Shown: positions 60,937-64,000 of the stretch, in pieces
How positions within the stretch are numbered: position 1 is the first letter of the stretch
Layout: each line of letters starts with the position of its first letter
DNA from: the human T2T-CHM13v2.0 reference genome, Homo sapiens
DNA length: 64,000 nucleotides
Assembly: GCF_009914755.1 (NCBI RefSeq)
Contig: NC_060930.1
Direction: 5' to 3' (one strand)
Notes under the pieces: generated by a model
What the model saw: only the letters and a program-made list of their open reading frames with translations
Databases searched by the model: none
Told to the model about the DNA's origin: nothing
Translations under genes and position numbers: made by a program

Positions 60937-61200
60937 TTTTATTTTTTTAACTTTTATTTTATGTTCAGGGGTACATGTGCAGGTTTGCTACATAGGTAAA
61001 CTTGTGTCATGAAGCCTTGTTGTACAGATTATTTTATCACCCAAGTATTAAGCCTAGTACCCTTTAGTTATTTTTTCTAATCTCTCTCTTCCAATCCTTC
61101 ACCCTCCAAAAGACCCCACTGAGTGTTGTTTCCCTCAATGTGTCCATGTTTTTGCATAACTTACCTCCCACTTATAAATGAGAACATGTGAAATTTGGTT
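60937..61200 (-). mobile_element. L1PA13-15-like 3' end
   Basis: caggggtacatgtgcaggtttgctacataggtaaacttgtgtcatg, ctcccacttataaatgagaacatg. Confidence 0.88.
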
Positions 61201-63270
61201 GCAATTCATGATAATAAAAATAGAGACTTAAAAGAATGTAGGCAATTAAAACTTAGCTACCCTAACTTAGCTTTCCTTGATTTTTGTGAGCTCTGCATGC
61301 TTACTTTGATAGAAGAAAGTCTATTAATTGTGATTTAACTTGCAAACAGTTGCAACAAAATGCTATTTCCTTAAAACCTACCACATAAGCTCCTTGGGAA
61401 GACTATATTTTGTGGAATATTATTTTGATAATTAATTGTTTTACAAGGTGAATTTCACTATCCCCTTTTTCCTTTTCAGGATGGAGTAACATGATGTACC
61501 AAATCTACAGAAGAATATCAAAGACATTAAGGAAGTAATTATATTAGGAAGAAGAGAAAGAGAGCCAACAAAGGGTAGAAGTTGAAGTGCATTACATGTG
61601 ACCAGTTATTAGGGTCTCAAACCATCTCGGAACATGCTGTTGGATGCACGTATACTCTGAGTGAAATGCTTAATTGTTGTAGTGATGTGAAGAAGAAAGG
61701 TGGTGGAATGACATGGAAGATGAGGAAGAGTTGCTATTTGAAAAGAGAGGGACAACCATCATTGAGAAACACTAGAATTAGGGTAAATAAAAGGCTCAGA
61801 GACTGTAGACCCCTGAGAATTGGACAACATCTTTGAAGGTTGACAAAATTCTATTGAATGTGGGTTTATATGCAATTTCACCAAAAACTCAGGTGGCAGA
61901 GAGCTCTTCAATTGATATTTAGCTTATGGTCTTGTAGTATGTGGAGGCCAAAAGAGCTGAGAAGTTACAACTAAACCTCATCTGAAGTCTCATTAGCAAT
62001 TCTAGAAAATATAATATGATATATAGAGGGCAACCTAATCTTTCACAGTTTGATAGGGCTTTGAAAGATATAAATCTTTAGAACCTACTTTTTTATTCCT
62101 TAATAAAATTAAGTCTAGAGTCAGCCTTGCAGTTGTTGTTGAGAAAAACATTATGTAATATGTGATATAGAAATTAACCATGACCTTGCCTAGACTATAA
62201 TGATGTAGCATTAATTTTTTATTCTATTTTAGAGATAAAAATTAAGCAATGGTCAGTATATTCTTGTGAATTCCTTCCTAAAGGTATGATGGTTTTAATT
62301 ATGATGGTCTTCTGACAGAATGCTCTAAACTCAAGTCAATTATTAAAATGCTGCTTCTGGTAAAACATATATACATTCGTGTACCTTAGTGATAATCACA
62401 CTGGGACAATTCAGATTGAAAATGTGTACCACCTGCTTCTATTTGAGTTATAAATTAAGGTTCAAATACCATAAATAAGAATGCTGAATCACATTGGCAG
62501 GTGATATTGTCAAATGGATACACTCCCTTTTTTCTTATATTTCCATTATGTTGCATATAGACACAGCTTCATAGTCAGAGACTTATCCTTTTCTACTATT
62601 TTTATACTAACTTTATAGCTATAATTACTCTTGGCCATGGGTTTCAGAATGGCATTAACTTCTTGCAAGCTGTTATTAAGTAATATCAGGAAGCCAAATC
62701 ATTCTCAGTTCAATTTCCAGTAGAGGTAATCCTCTCTCATTTAACTGACTAGTAAATTGGAAAGAAAAAAAAAGCCTACAACCTAACAGCATGAGATTAA
62801 GTGTAATGAAAATATGCCAGATATTTGTATAAAATGACAAATGTTGGTTTTTGGATATTTGGTTCCCATTAAATTTAACATATATTACTTGAGACAAATG
62901 TCAATATTTGGCATATTTATCAACGTAAATTGAGGAGTTTGGTCTGTCTTTACTCAAAATATTTTACATGCTTTGGGCAGGACAAGGAGAGTCTCTGTTT
63001 ACTCAATAAATTTTCCATTTCTAAAAGCTGAATTTCATTTTTTAAATAACTGACTGTATAGGCTATTTATAAAACATTTTTTTCTTAAGTCTGAGGTTTA
63101 GGAGAAAATATTAGTCTTATTATTTAATGCCCAACATTTAATTTTCACTAAGCAAGAAGAGTAAATAAAATTTTTAAATAAGTTAATAACTAACTATGTT
63201 CTGTCATGCAAAGTTTGAAATGTATTATTTCACCATGTACCCAATAACAATTACACCTAAAAATAAAACA

Positions 63271-64000
63271 AACTCATGTCATGGGGGTTTGTTGTACAGA
63301 TTATTCTGTCACTCAGGTATTAAGTCTAAAATCCAATAATTACTTTTTTGTTCCTCTCCCACCTCCCACCCTCAGATAGGCCCTAGTGTCTGTTTCTTCC
63401 ATCTTGTTGTCCATGTGTTCTCATCATTTAGCACCCGCTTCTAAGTAAGAACATGTGGTATTTGGTTTTCTGTTCCTATATTAGTTTGATAAGGATAATG
63501 GCCTCCAACTCCATCAAATTTTCTGCAAAACATATGATCTCATTCTTTGTTATTGGTGCATAGTGTTCCATGGTATATATGTGACACATTTTCTTTTTTT
63601 TTAACTTTTATTTTAAGTTCAGGGATACCAGTGTGGGTTTATTACATAGGTAAACTTGTGTCATGGAGGTTTGTTATACAGATTATTTCATTGCCCAGAT
63701 ATTAAGCCTAGTGCCCATTAGTTATTTTTTCTAATTCTTTCCCTCCTCTCACCCTCTACCCTCCGTAGACCCCAGTGTGTTTTCCCCTCTATGTGTCTTT
63801 ATCCAGTCTACTAGTGATAGGCATTTAGCTTGATTCCATGTCTTGGCTATTGTGAATAGTTCAATGAATGCATGCATGCATGTGTCTTTATGATAGAACA
63901 ATTTATATTTCTTTGGGTATACACTTAGTAATGATATTGCTGTTTCAAGTGGTAGTTCTGTTTTCAGCTCTTTGAGGAATTTTCATACTACTTTCCACAT
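63271..64000 (-). mobile_element. L1PA15/16-like 3' region (runs off window) hosting a nested L1 3' end
   Basis: Host 3'UTR reads ...cacattttcttt and resumes at tttatccagtc (63798). Confidence 0.88.
63597..63796 (-). mobile_element. Short L1PA13-like 3' end nested in the older L1
   Basis: A new T tract plus ttaacttttattttaagttcaggg restarts an L1 3' terminus; flanked by tcttt on both sides. Confidence 0.85.

Overview
AT-rich human genomic DNA (human-specific AluYb8 and AluYa5 are present) that looks like a gene desert or a very large intron. I find no supportable protein-coding gene: the ORFs I can explain are repeat remnants or microsatellite translations, and the rest are short and unrecognisable. 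The window is a layered transposon landscape with six Alus plus a monomer, three neighbouring 5'-inverted (twin-primed) L1s at 17.6-25.4 kb, two complete MaLR proviruses (THE1C-like and MSTA-like), a near-full-length Tigger1, MER/MADE1 MITEs, old L1M/L2/MIR pieces, a Y1 RNA retropseudogene and several microsatellites. Structure that known repeats do not explain: an ancient ~1 kb tandem duplication of apparently unique DNA (33.8-35.5 kb), a dispersed ~125 bp duplicate (55.1/57.5 kb), a fold-back inverted duplication interrupting an L1 (4.8-5.1 kb), a mini 3' transduction on an L1PA2, and a few lncRNA-exon or enhancer candidates. I see no convincing new biological system. Subfamily calls come from remembered consensus sequences, not from database searches.
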